Shown here one piece after another: positions 35,883-45,266 of a stretch of DNA of 53,469 bases. Each line of letters opens with the position of its first letter. Within the stretch, counting starts at the first letter, position 1. Below the pieces are notes generated by a model that searched no databases, had not been told where the DNA came from, and saw only the letters and a list, made by a program, of their open reading frames with translations. Source of the DNA: Acidimicrobiales bacterium (GTDB taxonomy: Bacteria > Actinomycetota > Acidimicrobiia > Acidimicrobiales > DATLDH01); the NCBI GenBank assembly GCA_035526015.1, contig DATLDH010000141.1, positions 1 to 53,469 on the forward strand, given 5' to 3'. The position numbers were made by a program, and so were the translations under genes.

Positions 35883-36593
35883 TCAGCCCGTCAGGTGCGC
35901 GCCGAGGAACTCCAGGGTGCGTGACCAGGCCAGGTCGGCGGCGTCCTTGTCGTACATCGACGGGGCGTCCCAGTTGGAGAACGCGTGGCCGGCCTCGTAG
36001 CGGTGGAACACGACGTTCGGGTGTGAGGCGAACGCCTGCTCGACCTCGGCGATCTTCTCCTCGGGGATGAAGGCGTCGTTGTTGCCATAGTGGAACATCG
36101 TCGGACACTCGAGGTTCGGTGCCTGGTCGAGCAGGTTGTTGACGGGCGAGCCGTAATAGGGCACCGCCGCGTCGGGCCCGCGCCCGTCGACCCGGCTCAT
36201 GGTGGCGGCGGCGAAGGCAAGTCCCCCGCCGAGGCAGAACCCCATGGCGCCGACCTTGCCCGTGCACTCGGACATGGCGAGGAGGTGGGCGTGGGTGGCC
36301 CGGATGTCTGCGACGCCGGTGGGGAAGTCGAACTTCTGGGCGATGGCGAACGCGTCGCCGATCCCCGACTCGTCCTTGCGCTCGAACCGCGGCTCGATCC
36401 GCCAGAACATGTCGGGGACGAGGACGACGTAGCCCTCGCCAGCCAGACGCTCGGCGAGGGTGCGCATGTTGTCGTTGATGCCGAAGATCTCCTGGAACAG
36501 CAGGATCCCCGGGCCACTCCCACCCGCCGGCAGGGCGCAGTACGCCTCGAACGTCCCGCCGTCGCCCGCCTGCACCGTCTCGTACCTGGACAT
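35883..36593 (-). CDS. dienelactone hydrolase family protein
   Basis: ATG 36593 gives MSRYETVQAGDGGTFEAYCALP...GILLFQEIFGIN...GAMGFCLGGGLAF...GHAF. These are the DLH motifs with a Cys nucleophile. Confidence 0.88.
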   Translation of the reverse strand: MSRYETVQAGDGGTFEAYCALPAGGSGPGILLFQEIFGINDNMRTLAERLAGEGYVVLVPDMFWRIEPRFERKDESGIGDAFAIAQKFDFPTGVADIRATHAHLLAMSECTGKVGAMGFCLGGGLAFAAATMSRVDGRGPDAAVPYYGSPVNNLLDQAPNLECPTMFHYGNNDAFIPEEKIAEVEQAFASHPNVVFHRYEAGHAFSNWDAPSMYDKDAADLAWSRTLEFLGAHLTG

Positions 36594-36708
36594 CGGTCCA
36601 CCTTCCGTGAGCTGAAGCCCGAAGATGTCACACCTCGGTGCTTCACTCTGCGCATGAGCCCTACGACAAGACTCGCGTCGGAGGGCGACCCTGGGTACGA
36701 TCGAACAT

Positions 36709-38154
36709 ATGCGCGATAGCTCTGAGCGGCGCCAGCGCACCCTCACCTCGCAGTTCGGCGTCTCGAGGCGCGAGAACCATGACGCCTCGCCCTTCTACGA
36801 CCGGTTCACCCCGCCCGACCTCTCCTCAGAGAGCGAGGTCGCTCCCCGCAAGGAGATCGACGAGGTCTTCCGGGGCGACGCGAGGGACATGGAGAAGGTG
36901 GACGACCGCTCGGTGGCGCTCGTGGTCACGTCGCCGCCCTACTTCGCGGGTAAGGAGTACGAGACCGCCCTGGGCGAAGGGCACGTCCCGGCCACCTACG
37001 CGCAGTACCTCACGATGCTCGAAGAGGTGTTCGCCGAGTGCGTGCGGACCCTGGAACCGGGTGGACGGATCGCCGTCAACGTGGCGAACCTCGGTCGCCG
37101 ACCGTACCGGTCCCTCTCCTCGGATGTGACCTGGATCCTGCAGGACAGGTTGCGGTTGTTGCTGCGCGGTGAGGTCATCTGGGTCAAGGCGCGGGGCGCG
37201 GCGGGCTCCTGCGCCTGGGGATCGTTTCAACGGCCGGCGAATCCCGTGCTGCGCGACCTCACCGAGCGGGTCGTGATCGCCAGCAAGGGCCGCTTCGATC
37301 GGGCCCAGAGCGCGCGTCAGCGGTTCGGCAAGGGCCTCCCCTCCGAGGCCTCCATCTTCCGCGACGAGTTCATGGAGGCGACGACCGACGTCTGGGAGAT
37401 CCCACCGGAGAGCGCCAGTCGGGTCGGGCATCCCGCCCCGTTTCCAGTGGAGCTGCCCGAGCGACTGATCCATCTGTACACGTACCGCGACGATCTCGTG
37501 CTCGACCCGTTCATGGGCTCGGGGACGACCGCCGTCGCTGCGGTCCGTACCGAACGTCACTTCGTCGGGTACGACACCGACGCCGCGTATGTCGAAGCCG
37601 CGCAGCGCCGGGTCGAGAAGGAGCGGGCCCGACTGGCGCAGGCGTCGACGGCTGCTCCAATGGCACGGGTCGTGCTGCCGAGTGCCCCGGCCCCGGCTGA
37701 TGCACAGGAGGACTTTCAGGCCAGAGCCGTCCGCGAAGGCCGGGCCGCTCGTGACATCGCCCGTGAGGCGATCGAGCAGTGCGGGTTCCGGGAGATCGAG
37801 GCCAACGTCTCGTTTCCCGAGGGTGTGGAGGTGAACTTCGTCGCCAAGGACGCGGACGGAGCGACGTGGCTGTTCGATGTCTCGGGCGGGTTCACCTCGA
37901 ACCGCCCCGGGCTCCGTCGCACCGACACCCTGTGGAAGGCGCTGGGGAAGGCCGCCGTCCTGCACTCGGCCTATCCGAAGAGCCGGTTGGTCCTCTTGAC
38001 GACGAACCCGCCCGAGCCGAAGGGCGCAGGCGCCGCCGCTCTCGCCCAGGTCCGCGGCGTCAGGAAAGCGATCCGCGACGTCGTCGTCCTGTCGTCCTCA
38101 GAGGATCTCGGCCGACTCCGGACCTACGCACGCGGGACGGAGAAGCGGCCGTAG
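36709..38154 (+). CDS. beta-class N4/N6 DNA methyltransferase (SPPY) with a ~150-aa C-terminal domain paralogous to the next ORF
   Basis: Contains VVTSPPYFAGKEY (motif IV) before DPFMGSGTTAVAA (motif I), and HPAPFPVELPERLI. C-terminal residues ~330-481 align with ORF 38155..38577 (RPGLRRTDTLWKA versus RPGLLRTDTLKKA). Confidence 0.88.
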   Translation: MRDSSERRQRTLTSQFGVSRRENHDASPFYDRFTPPDLSSESEVAPRKEIDEVFRGDARDMEKVDDRSVALVVTSPPYFAGKEYETALGEGHVPATYAQYLTMLEEVFAECVRTLEPGGRIAVNVANLGRRPYRSLSSDVTWILQDRLRLLLRGEVIWVKARGAAGSCAWGSFQRPANPVLRDLTERVVIASKGRFDRAQSARQRFGKGLPSEASIFRDEFMEATTDVWEIPPESASRVGHPAPFPVELPERLIHLYTYRDDLVLDPFMGSGTTAVAAVRTERHFVGYDTDAAYVEAAQRRVEKERARLAQASTAAPMARVVLPSAPAPADAQEDFQARAVREGRAARDIAREAIEQCGFREIEANVSFPEGVEVNFVAKDADGATWLFDVSGGFTSNRPGLRRTDTLWKALGKAAVLHSAYPKSRLVLLTTNPPEPKGAGAAALAQVRGVRKAIRDVVVLSSSEDLGRLRTYARGTEKRP

Positions 38155-38577
38155 GTGGTGACTGACTTCCAGGCGTCGGCCGGCATCCAGGGCCGCCAGT
38201 TCGCCGAGCAGTGCGACCAACTGCTGAAGCACTATGGCTTCGCCGTCGAGGGCAAGTGCCTTCTGAGCGCGGTCGGGGTCGAGATCGACTGCGCGGCGAC
38301 CAGCCCGCGCGGGACGCCTCTCTGGTTCGAATACAAGGGGAGCGTGCAGGGTTCGCGACCGGGGCTCCTGCGCACCGACACCCTCAAGAAGGCGATCGCC
38401 AACGGGGCGCTCCTGGCCGCCGCCGACGAAGGGCGTCCTTTCGTCGTCTTGACGTCGCACCAGCCGACGAGCGGTGCCGGAGCAGCGATGCTGGCCGCCG
38501 CTCTACGTCTCGGATATCTGCGCGATGTGATCACGATCTACGCACCGCAGGACACCCAGCGGTTGCGAGACCTGTAG
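38155..38577 (+). CDS. small PD-(D/E)xK-like (restriction-endonuclease-fold) protein
   Basis: 140 aa. GTG lies directly after the methyltransferase stop. It has E18, then VGVEID45, then WFE59-Y-K61, which fits the E...D...ExK arrangement. Paralogous to the MTase C-terminal domain. Confidence 0.6.
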   Translation: MVTDFQASAGIQGRQFAEQCDQLLKHYGFAVEGKCLLSAVGVEIDCAATSPRGTPLWFEYKGSVQGSRPGLLRTDTLKKAIANGALLAAADEGRPFVVLTSHQPTSGAGAAMLAAALRLGYLRDVITIYAPQDTQRLRDL

Positions 38578-38582
38578 ACGCG

Positions 38583-39050
38583 TCAGGTCGGCCGCTCCAC
38601 GAGCTCGGCCAAGCGGCGAAGGCTCTCGTCGATGTTGCGGGTGTTGTACTCGGTGCGGTCGCCGAGAAGCTTGCGCTCGGCGAGGGCCCGCACCTTGCCG
38701 AGCTTGGCCACGCGCTCGAACCCCTCGGTCACGGCCGTCGCATCCCCCGCCGGCCCGAGTCGGTACCACCAGCGGGTGCGGACCTCGCCCTTGTCGTTCT
38801 CGGTATGGAACTCCAGGGCCCTGCCCTCCTCGTAGCGGTCGATCACGCACGTCATCGACCACGCCCGAGCCTCGGCCTTGTTGTTTCCCCGGAAGCGGCT
38901 CCCGGGCGACCGGCCGTCACCCTCCAGCACGTCGACGCTGGCAAGTTCCTCCGACCACTCCGGCATCCGGGTCACGTCGCCGACCACCGCCCACACCGCG
39001 TCGGCCGGCGCGGCAATCTGCCGCGACCGTTCGGCAGTCTCACCGGCCAT
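38583..39050 (-). CDS. SRPBCC (START/polyketide cyclase-like) family protein
   Basis: ATG 39050 gives MAGETAERSRQIAAPADAVWAVVGDVTRMPEWSEE..., the typical SRPBCC N terminus. Confidence 0.8.
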   Translation of the reverse strand: MAGETAERSRQIAAPADAVWAVVGDVTRMPEWSEELASVDVLEGDGRSPGSRFRGNNKAEARAWSMTCVIDRYEEGRALEFHTENDKGEVRTRWWYRLGPAGDATAVTEGFERVAKLGKVRALAERKLLGDRTEYNTRNIDESLRRLAELVERPT

Positions 39051-39052
39051 TG

Positions 39053-39598
39053 CTAGCTGCGGCGCGAGACGTTGATCTCGGTGGGGTTGGCCAGCATGTC
39101 GAACACGGCCGAATACTTGGTGCCGGCCGCGACGAGCATGTCCTTCTGCTCCGAGTCGCACTCGCCGTCGATGTCGAACTCGATCTCCACATTGCTGAAG
39201 CCCTTGCGGACGTCCGGGTCGACGCCGAGCACGCCTCTGACGTCGATGTCAGCGCTCACCTTCGACGAAACGCGGTTCAGCTTGATGTTGCGGGCGGCGG
39301 CGCCTGTGACCACGCCGGCGGTGATGCACGCCGCCAGCGCGTGGAGCACGTACTCCTGCGGGGTCGGGCCATGACCGTGGCCGAGCGTCGGATGGTCCGC
39401 TTTGAACGAGAACTCCTGCACGTGCTTCTGGTCGGCGCCGATGCCGTACCAGTCATGGATCGTCGACTCGCTGGCCGTCCCCTCGACCCACTCGTTCTTC
39501 GCCGAGAACCGGAAGGCCGCCAGGTTGGCGTCGTCCCGGAACCGGTTGATCGCCCCGAACATCTTGTCGCACGGTACGCCGTTGATCTCTTCGGTCAT
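39053..39598 (-). CDS. OsmC/Ohr family protein
   Basis: ATG 39598 gives MTEEINGVPCDKMF...PTPQEYVLHALAACITAG..., the OsmC conserved Cys region. The remainder of ORF 39053..40390 is non-coding-like. Confidence 0.85.
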   Translation of the reverse strand: MTEEINGVPCDKMFGAINRFRDDANLAAFRFSAKNEWVEGTASESTIHDWYGIGADQKHVQEFSFKADHPTLGHGHGPTPQEYVLHALAACITAGVVTGAAARNIKLNRVSSKVSADIDVRGVLGVDPDVRKGFSNVEIEFDIDGECDSEQKDMLVAAGTKYSAVFDMLANPTEINVSRRS

Positions 39599-39679
39599 CG
39601 CTCGTCTCCCCAGGTCGGTGACAGCACAGTAGCGGTGACGTCCGCGTAACGTGCGGGCCAGTCGAAGGAGGAGATTGGC

Positions 39680-40456
39680 GTGCAGTGGGAGATGGTCGAC
39701 GAGGGCTGGGGGCGACGGGCGGTCGACTTCTCGACGCTGCTCGAGCCCGCCAACACCCGGGAATACGTGGCGGTGCACCACCGACTCGGCCTCACCCCGG
39801 GCATTCGCCTGCTCGACGTGGCATGCGGATCCGGGCTCGCCCTCGAGCTGGCGGGGATCTGCGGAGCGGTGACGGCGGGCATCGACGCCGCTCCTCGCCT
39901 GGTCGCGGTGGCCCGGGACCGCTGTCCTGACGCCGACCTCCGTGTCGGGGACATGGGAGCCCTGCCGTGGAGTGACGAGACCTTCGACATCGTCACGAGC
40001 TTCCGCGGCATCTGGGGCACGACGCCCGCCGCCGTCGACGAGGCTTACCGCGTGCTGGTTCCGGGCGGACGGTTGGCGATGACGGTGTGGGGCAACGTCG
40101 GCAAGTCGAGTGGTGCGTGGTCCATGCTGCCGTTCCAGTGGGCGACGGAGGACAAGGTCCAGCACCAGGCCGACATGGTTGCCCTGGGGCGACCGGGAAT
40201 CGGCGAGGCATTTCTCGCCGACCGGGGGTTCGAGGTCGCCGAGCGGTTCGAGGTCCCGTTCGTGTTCGAGTTCGCGGACCCCGAGACGTACGCCCGATCG
40301 TTGGCGGCGACGGGCCCGGCGTACGAGGCGATGGAATCGATCGGCGAGGAGGAATGGCTCGCCCGCGCGCTCGAGCTGGCGTCGGAGCACGTGCGGAACG
40401 GACTGCCGCTGCGCGCGTCGCTGCCCGTGTTCGCCTACATCGGGACGAAGCGCTGA
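39680..40456 (+). CDS. class I SAM-dependent methyltransferase
   Basis: LLDVACGSGLALELA is motif I, followed by GIDAAPRLVAVAR and FDIVTSF. Confidence 0.85.
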   Translation: MQWEMVDEGWGRRAVDFSTLLEPANTREYVAVHHRLGLTPGIRLLDVACGSGLALELAGICGAVTAGIDAAPRLVAVARDRCPDADLRVGDMGALPWSDETFDIVTSFRGIWGTTPAAVDEAYRVLVPGGRLAMTVWGNVGKSSGAWSMLPFQWATEDKVQHQADMVALGRPGIGEAFLADRGFEVAERFEVPFVFEFADPETYARSLAATGPAYEAMESIGEEEWLARALELASEHVRNGLPLRASLPVFAYIGTKR

Positions 40457-41728
40457 TCAGCCGGCTTCGGCGAGGTGTCGGGTGAGGTGATCGGCGAGCT
40501 CCGCAGTGTCGGCCTCGGCACCGTGGATGAAGCTCGATCGGCGCCGGCGCAGGAAGGTTCCTCCCAGGAAGTAGACGCCCGGCGCGTCGACCACGCCTCC
40601 GTCGTGGCGCAGACGACCGGCGCCGTCGAACACCGGCAGCTCGACCCAGGAGAAATCGGGACGGAACCCGGTCGCCCAGACCACCGTCTTGATCTCGCCG
40701 CTGCGGAGATCGATCGTCAGGGGCGTGTTCGGCGGGACCCGCGTCGGCTCCGATCGCACCGGCGCGTCGAGTGCGTCGGCGTCATCGTGGGTCTGGACCC
40801 ACTCGTCGATCTCCTCCAGCAGCCGCGCCAGCTTCTGATCGGCCAGGGCGCAGGTGTTGCGGAGCCCGCCTGAGAACAGGCTGACGCCGTCCCGGATGGC
40901 GCCGATGCGCCCGCAGAGCCGAACTCCGGCGTCGGTGAGGGCGTTCAGGTCCAGGGTCCGTCGCTGCGGCGTGCCGATGAGCTGCGGCGACGCCACTCCT
41001 CGCGCCTTCAGGAGCTCCGGCACTTCGTCCCAGCGTTCATCGAGGCGGCCTATCGCCTCCATCCAGTGCTGGATGTCGCGGCCCCGGTACGTGCGCGGCA
41101 TGCGGACGTGCTCGCCTACCGAGACCGTGACGGGTCGGCCCGACGCATGGATCTCGTCCGCCAGCTGGATGCCGGTGGCCGCGGCACCGACGACCAGGAC
41201 GCCGCCCTCCGGCAGGTCGTCGGGCCGCCGGTAGTCCAGCGGGTTCACCGCGACGACATCGTCGGGCACCGCATCTGCGAAGGCCGGGACGCTCGGGAGG
41301 TTGCACGCGCCACTCGCCAGCACGACGGAGCGGCAGTGCCACGTCCCCTGGTCGGTCACGACGTCGTAACCATCGCTCGACGACCTGACCGCGAGCACGG
41401 TCGTCTGGGCGTGCAGTGGTGCATCGACGATCGCCGAGTACCGCTGGAGGAACGCCGCGACCGCGCCGCCGGTCATGTAGCCGTCCGGATCATCTCCCTC
41501 GTACCCAGCTCCGGGAAGGCGCGTCTGCCAGTTCGGCGTCAGAAGCGTGAAGGACTCCCACCGCTGATCGACCCAGGAGCTCGCAACGTCGCCGCGCTCG
41601 AGGACCACGTGGTCGATGCCGCGGTCCGAGAGGCGTCCGCTCATGGCGAGCCCGCTGTGCCCGCCACCGATGATCACGGTCGTGACGGAGCGTCCCGAGG
41701 GCATGCGCCTCAGTGTTGCCTGCGCCAC
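40457..41728 (-). CDS. FAD/NAD(P)-binding flavin-dependent oxidoreductase (monooxygenase-like)
   Basis: VIIGGGHSGLA is the dinucleotide-binding motif. A second GxG motif is VVGAAATGIQLA, followed by ATGF. Alternative start ATG 41704. Confidence 0.85.
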   Translation of the reverse strand: MAQATLRRMPSGRSVTTVIIGGGHSGLAMSGRLSDRGIDHVVLERGDVASSWVDQRWESFTLLTPNWQTRLPGAGYEGDDPDGYMTGGAVAAFLQRYSAIVDAPLHAQTTVLAVRSSSDGYDVVTDQGTWHCRSVVLASGACNLPSVPAFADAVPDDVVAVNPLDYRRPDDLPEGGVLVVGAAATGIQLADEIHASGRPVTVSVGEHVRMPRTYRGRDIQHWMEAIGRLDERWDEVPELLKARGVASPQLIGTPQRRTLDLNALTDAGVRLCGRIGAIRDGVSLFSGGLRNTCALADQKLARLLEEIDEWVQTHDDADALDAPVRSEPTRVPPNTPLTIDLRSGEIKTVVWATGFRPDFSWVELPVFDGAGRLRHDGGVVDAPGVYFLGGTFLRRRRSSFIHGAEADTAELADHLTRHLAEAG

Positions 41729-41751
41729 CGCTGACCTGCACTTCGACTGAG

Positions 41752-41822
41752 AGCGGGCGACGAGAATCGAACTCGCGTTCTCAGCTTGGGAAGCTGATGT
41801 TCTGCCGCTGAACTACGCCCGC
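41752..41822 (-). tRNA. tRNA-Gly (anticodon CCC)
   Basis: Minus strand reads GCGGGCG-TA-GTTC-AGCGGCA-GAAC-A-TCAGC-TTCCCAA-GCTGA-GAAC-GCGAG-TTCGATT-CTCGT-CGCCCGC-T. This folds as a full 71-nt cloverleaf with a TTCGATT T-loop. CCA is not encoded. Confidence 0.9.
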
Positions 41823-41852
41823 GTGGCCGCTCACAGTATCGTGCCGCCGGTC

Positions 41853-42425
41853 ATGATCCTCTCCGACCGAAGCATCCGCGAAGCCCTGGAATCGGGCCGC
41901 ATCGAGATCGATCCCCTGGGCGAGGGCTGCATCCAGCCGTCGTCGGTCGACCTCCACTGCGACCGCTACTTCCGGGTGTTCCTCAATCACACCCTCCAGG
42001 CCATCGACGTCAAGCAGCGCATGGAGGAGCTCACCCAGCTGGTGGAGATCGGCGAGGAGGACGTGTTCGTCCTCCATCCCGGCGAGTTCGTCCTCGGCGC
42101 CACCTCCGAGCGGGTCAAGCTGCCCGACGACCTGGTCGCAAGGCTCGAAGGCAAATCGAGTTTGGGGAGACTCGGCCTCCTCATCCACTCGACTGCCGGC
42201 TTCGTCGACGCCGGCTGGGACGGCTACCTCACCCTCGAGCTGTCGAACGTGGCGAACCTGCCGATCACGATCTACCCCGGCATGAAGATCGGCCAGATCA
42301 GCTTCCTGCAGATGACCACGCCGGCCGACCGGCCCTACGGCAGCAGCGCGGTCGGCTCCAAGTACCAGGGCCAGCGGGGCCCGACGCCCAGCCGCTACTA
42401 CGAGAACTTCCAGCCCCGCGGCTGA
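41853..42425 (+). CDS. dcd: dCTP deaminase
   Basis: ATG 41853 gives [21 protein letters not shown]...QPSSVDL...[12 protein letters not shown]...[10 protein letters not shown]. Canonical Dcd, adjacent to tRNA-Gly as in mycobacteria. Confidence 0.93.
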   Translation: MILSDRSIREALESGRIEIDPLGEGCIQPSSVDLHCDRYFRVFLNHTLQAIDVKQRMEELTQLVEIGEEDVFVLHPGEFVLGATSERVKLPDDLVARLEGKSSLGRLGLLIHSTAGFVDAGWDGYLTLELSNVANLPITIYPGMKIGQISFLQMTTPADRPYGSSAVGSKYQGQRGPTPSRYYENFQPRG

Positions 42426-42437
42426 CCCTGCCGGGGC

Positions 42438-42980
42438 CTACTCGAGCGTCCAGGCGAGGTTCGTGTTGTCCGGGCTCGAGGTGATCGTCATCCACTTGGC
42501 GCTGGCCGGGATCTTGAAGCTGCACGAGTCGCCGAAGCCCCACCGGAAGCACGGGGACCGCCAGGTCACCCGTGAGCCCATGATCTCGCGGCAGGGATAG
42601 GGCCACCCGCCGCTGTCCACGCCGGTCTCGGTCCAGAACTGGACGATGACCGAGCCCCAGTTGATCCCCGCCACGGCCGTCCGCGCCTTCAACGACCGTA
42701 GAGTCCTTCCGTCCGACAGGGCCCCCACGTCGACGATCGAGGCATGGAGCGCGGGGTCGACGCCGGCCAGGGCCGGGGAGCATTCGCTCTGCAGCCAGGC
42801 GGAGCAGGTGGGGGCACCGACGCACCCCTCCATGCCCCTGACCCCGAAGGTCACAGGACTCTCGCCGACGCCGCTGACGATCGTCCCGGACCGCAGCGGC
42901 TCGCCGGCACGGGCGACCGATGGCATGGCGGCGAGGGCGGCGGCCACTGCCGCCACCGTGAGAATTCGGGTGAATCGCAT
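42438..42980 (-). CDS. secreted Cys-rich hypothetical protein
   Basis: Signal peptide MRFTRILTVAAVAAALAAMPSVARA. Seven Cys in the mature part. High GC3. No recognisable family. Confidence 0.6.
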   Translation of the reverse strand: MRFTRILTVAAVAAALAAMPSVARAGEPLRSGTIVSGVGESPVTFGVRGMEGCVGAPTCSAWLQSECSPALAGVDPALHASIVDVGALSDGRTLRSLKARTAVAGINWGSVIVQFWTETGVDSGGWPYPCREIMGSRVTWRSPCFRWGFGDSCSFKIPASAKWMTITSSPDNTNLAWTLE

Positions 42981-43032
42981 AGGGCGAGTGTCGACCCGGC
43001 GACGGACCGAGACATCCCTGACGCTCAGGGAT

Positions 43033-45231
43033 TCAGGTCGTGGGGCGTGGGCCTCCCCGGCCTTCGATGGCGTCGAGCAGGTGCATGGAGATGTCCTGGA
43101 CGAGGATGTCGTCCCGGCCGTTCTCCTTGACGCCGTCGTCCAGCATGATCAGGCAGTAGGGGCAGGCCGTTGCGATACGGGTGGCGCCGGTGGCGATGGC
43201 CTCCTGGGCCCGCTCGGTGTTGACCTTCTTGCCGACCGACTCCTCCATCCACATGCGGGCGCCGCCGGCCCCGCAGCACATGCCCTTGGTGCCGTTGCGG
43301 GGCATCTCCACGATGTCGATGCCCTTGAGCGACCCGATCACCTTGCGCGGCGCCAGGTACACGTCGTTGTGGCGGCCCAGATAACAGGAGTCGTGATACG
43401 TCACGCGCTCGGCCAGGGACGCCTCGCCGAGATCGAGCTTGCCGGTGTCGATCAGCCACTCGAGGAACTGGCTGTGGTGGACGACCTCGTAGTGGCCGCC
43501 CAGCTGCGGGTACTCGTTACCGATGGTGTTGAAGCAGTGGGGGCACTGGGTGATGATCTTCTTGACCCCCATCCCGTTCATCGTCTCGACGTTCTGGGTG
43601 GCGAGCATCTGGAAGATGTACTCGTTGCCCGACCGCCGGGCCGGATCGCCCGTGCACATCTCCGACGGGCCGAGGATGGCGAAGTCGATGCCGGCCCGCT
43701 GCAGCAGCTTGGCCGTGGCCACGCTGACCTTGCGGCTCTTGTCGTCGAACGAGCCGGCGCAGCCCACCCAGTAGAGGTACTCGTGGTCGAGGGCTGACGA
43801 GGCGTCGACGATGGGCACCTCGACGGGCAGGTCCTTGGCCCAGTCGGCCCGCTCGCCCTGGTTCATCCCCCAGGGGTTGCCCGCGTTCTCCATCTGCCGG
43901 TACGCGTTGCCGAGCTCGGCGGGGAAGTTCGACTCCATGAGCGACAGGTAACGCCGCATGTCGAGGATCTTGTCGAGGATCTCGATGTTCACCGGGCAGA
44001 TCTCGTCGCACGCCTTGCACGAGGTGCAGGCCCAGATCTCCTCGGCGCTGATCCGCTCGAACACCGAGTTGGCGGTCACCGTCAGCTCCGGGTCCTGGCC
44101 CACGACGGGCGAGACCGGCCCGCCCGGCGCGGTCGCGGCCATGACGTGGCCGACCTTGAGCACGATCTCGCGCGGGTCGAGCGGCTTGCCGGTGGCATGG
44201 GCCGGGCACACGCTCGTGCAGCGCCCGCAGACGGTGCACGCGTCGGTGTCGAGCAGCTGCTTCCAGGTGAAGTCCTCGATGGCGTTGGCGCCGAAGCTCT
44301 CGAGCTCGGTCTCCATGAGGTTGGGCATCGGCTTCATGGCGCCCTTGGGGCGCTCGCGGTCGCGGAGGTACATGTTCAGCGGCGAGGTGAACATGTGACG
44401 CAGCTTGGTGACCGGCAGGATCACCAGGAAGGCGACGAAGGCGAGGAAGTGGACCACCCAGGCGAACTGGTGCAGTGTGGCCAACCCCTCCCAGCCCTCG
44501 AAGACCTTGGAGAGCGGGTAGCCGATGATCGACCACTCCTCGAAGCCGGGGCGCTCGTGCAGGGCGATTCGGACGGCCTCGGTGAGGAAGCCGCTCAGCC
44601 CGATCAGCAGGAAGGTGCCGAGGATGACGGCGTCCTCGGGCCGGCTCTTGATGCGGATGCGGTAGGGCCGCTGGATGTAGCGGCGGACGATGGCCCACCC
44701 GATGCCGATCAGGAAGAGCAGGCCGGCGACGTCGCCCACCAGCGCGTAGCCGCGGTAGACGTCGCCGTGGAGGAAGCGGGCCGAGGGCGGCAGCTGGTGG
44801 TCGATCTCCAACGCAGTGGTGACGCCGAACAGGATGATGAACGGGAAGTAGATGAGTGAGTGCATGACGCCGGCGGCGGGATCGCGCAGCAGGGTCTGCA
44901 TGTAGACGCCGGCCCGGAAGTCGCGCAGCCGCCGACCGACGTTCTTCGTCGTGGTCGGCCGGGCGTCGGGTTGGCCGCGCTCCCAGTTGCGCGCCCGGCG
45001 ACTGAAGAGCCAGCCGACGGCGATGAACAGCGCCGGCAGGGTGACGTAGAAGACGACCTCGAGCGCGCCGGGGATGTTGCCGAACACCTCGCGGCTCACC
45101 GGCGAGGGGTCCTCCCACTTGGTGAGCGCGGGGATGGTGCCCAGCAGGACGGTGAGGCCGGCGACGACCGACCCGACGATCAGGCTCGCCTGGGAGGGCT
45201 TGAGCCGGGGGCGCGTGGCCATGCGCGTCAA
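43033..45231 (-). CDS. membrane-bound (Fe-S)-binding reductase (N-terminal heme-b/NarI-like membrane domain, 2x[4Fe-4S] ferredoxin and two CCG domains)
   Basis: 732 aa. About 5-6 N-terminal TM spans. Contains CTVCGRCTSVCP and CTSCKACDEICP, plus the CCG motifs CPHCFNTIGNEY and CCGAGG...ATACPYCLIML. Resembles the large mycobacterial iron-sulfur reductase found in this neighbourhood. Confidence 0.88.
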   Translation of the reverse strand: MTRMATRPRLKPSQASLIVGSVVAGLTVLLGTIPALTKWEDPSPVSREVFGNIPGALEVVFYVTLPALFIAVGWLFSRRARNWERGQPDARPTTTKNVGRRLRDFRAGVYMQTLLRDPAAGVMHSLIYFPFIILFGVTTALEIDHQLPPSARFLHGDVYRGYALVGDVAGLLFLIGIGWAIVRRYIQRPYRIRIKSRPEDAVILGTFLLIGLSGFLTEAVRIALHERPGFEEWSIIGYPLSKVFEGWEGLATLHQFAWVVHFLAFVAFLVILPVTKLRHMFTSPLNMYLRDRERPKGAMKPMPNLMETELESFGANAIEDFTWKQLLDTDACTVCGRCTSVCPAHATGKPLDPREIVLKVGHVMAATAPGGPVSPVVGQDPELTVTANSVFERISAEEIWACTSCKACDEICPVNIEILDKILDMRRYLSLMESNFPAELGNAYRQMENAGNPWGMNQGERADWAKDLPVEVPIVDASSALDHEYLYWVGCAGSFDDKSRKVSVATAKLLQRAGIDFAILGPSEMCTGDPARRSGNEYIFQMLATQNVETMNGMGVKKIITQCPHCFNTIGNEYPQLGGHYEVVHHSQFLEWLIDTGKLDLGEASLAERVTYHDSCYLGRHNDVYLAPRKVIGSLKGIDIVEMPRNGTKGMCCGAGGARMWMEESVGKKVNTERAQEAIATGATRIATACPYCLIMLDDGVKENGRDDILVQDISMHLLDAIEGRGGPRPTT

Positions 45232-45266
45232 CCTACCCGGCGGTAACTACGGCGCGGGACGTTGCG

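Noticed and set aside
35147-41751. Accessory-looking block (HTH protein, DLH, MTase pair, SRPBCC, OsmC, MTase, flavoprotein) abutting the 3' end of tRNA-Gly, considered as an integrated genomic island
   Set aside because: There is no integrase or recombinase. I could not find a direct repeat of the tRNA 3' end. By eye there is no shift in GC content or codon bias. This is best left as a variable region rather than called a mobile element.
41781-42188. 135-aa minus-strand ORF overlapping tRNA-Gly and dcd
   Set aside because: It overlaps a well-folded tRNA and is antisense to canonical dCTP deaminase. It has no motifs.
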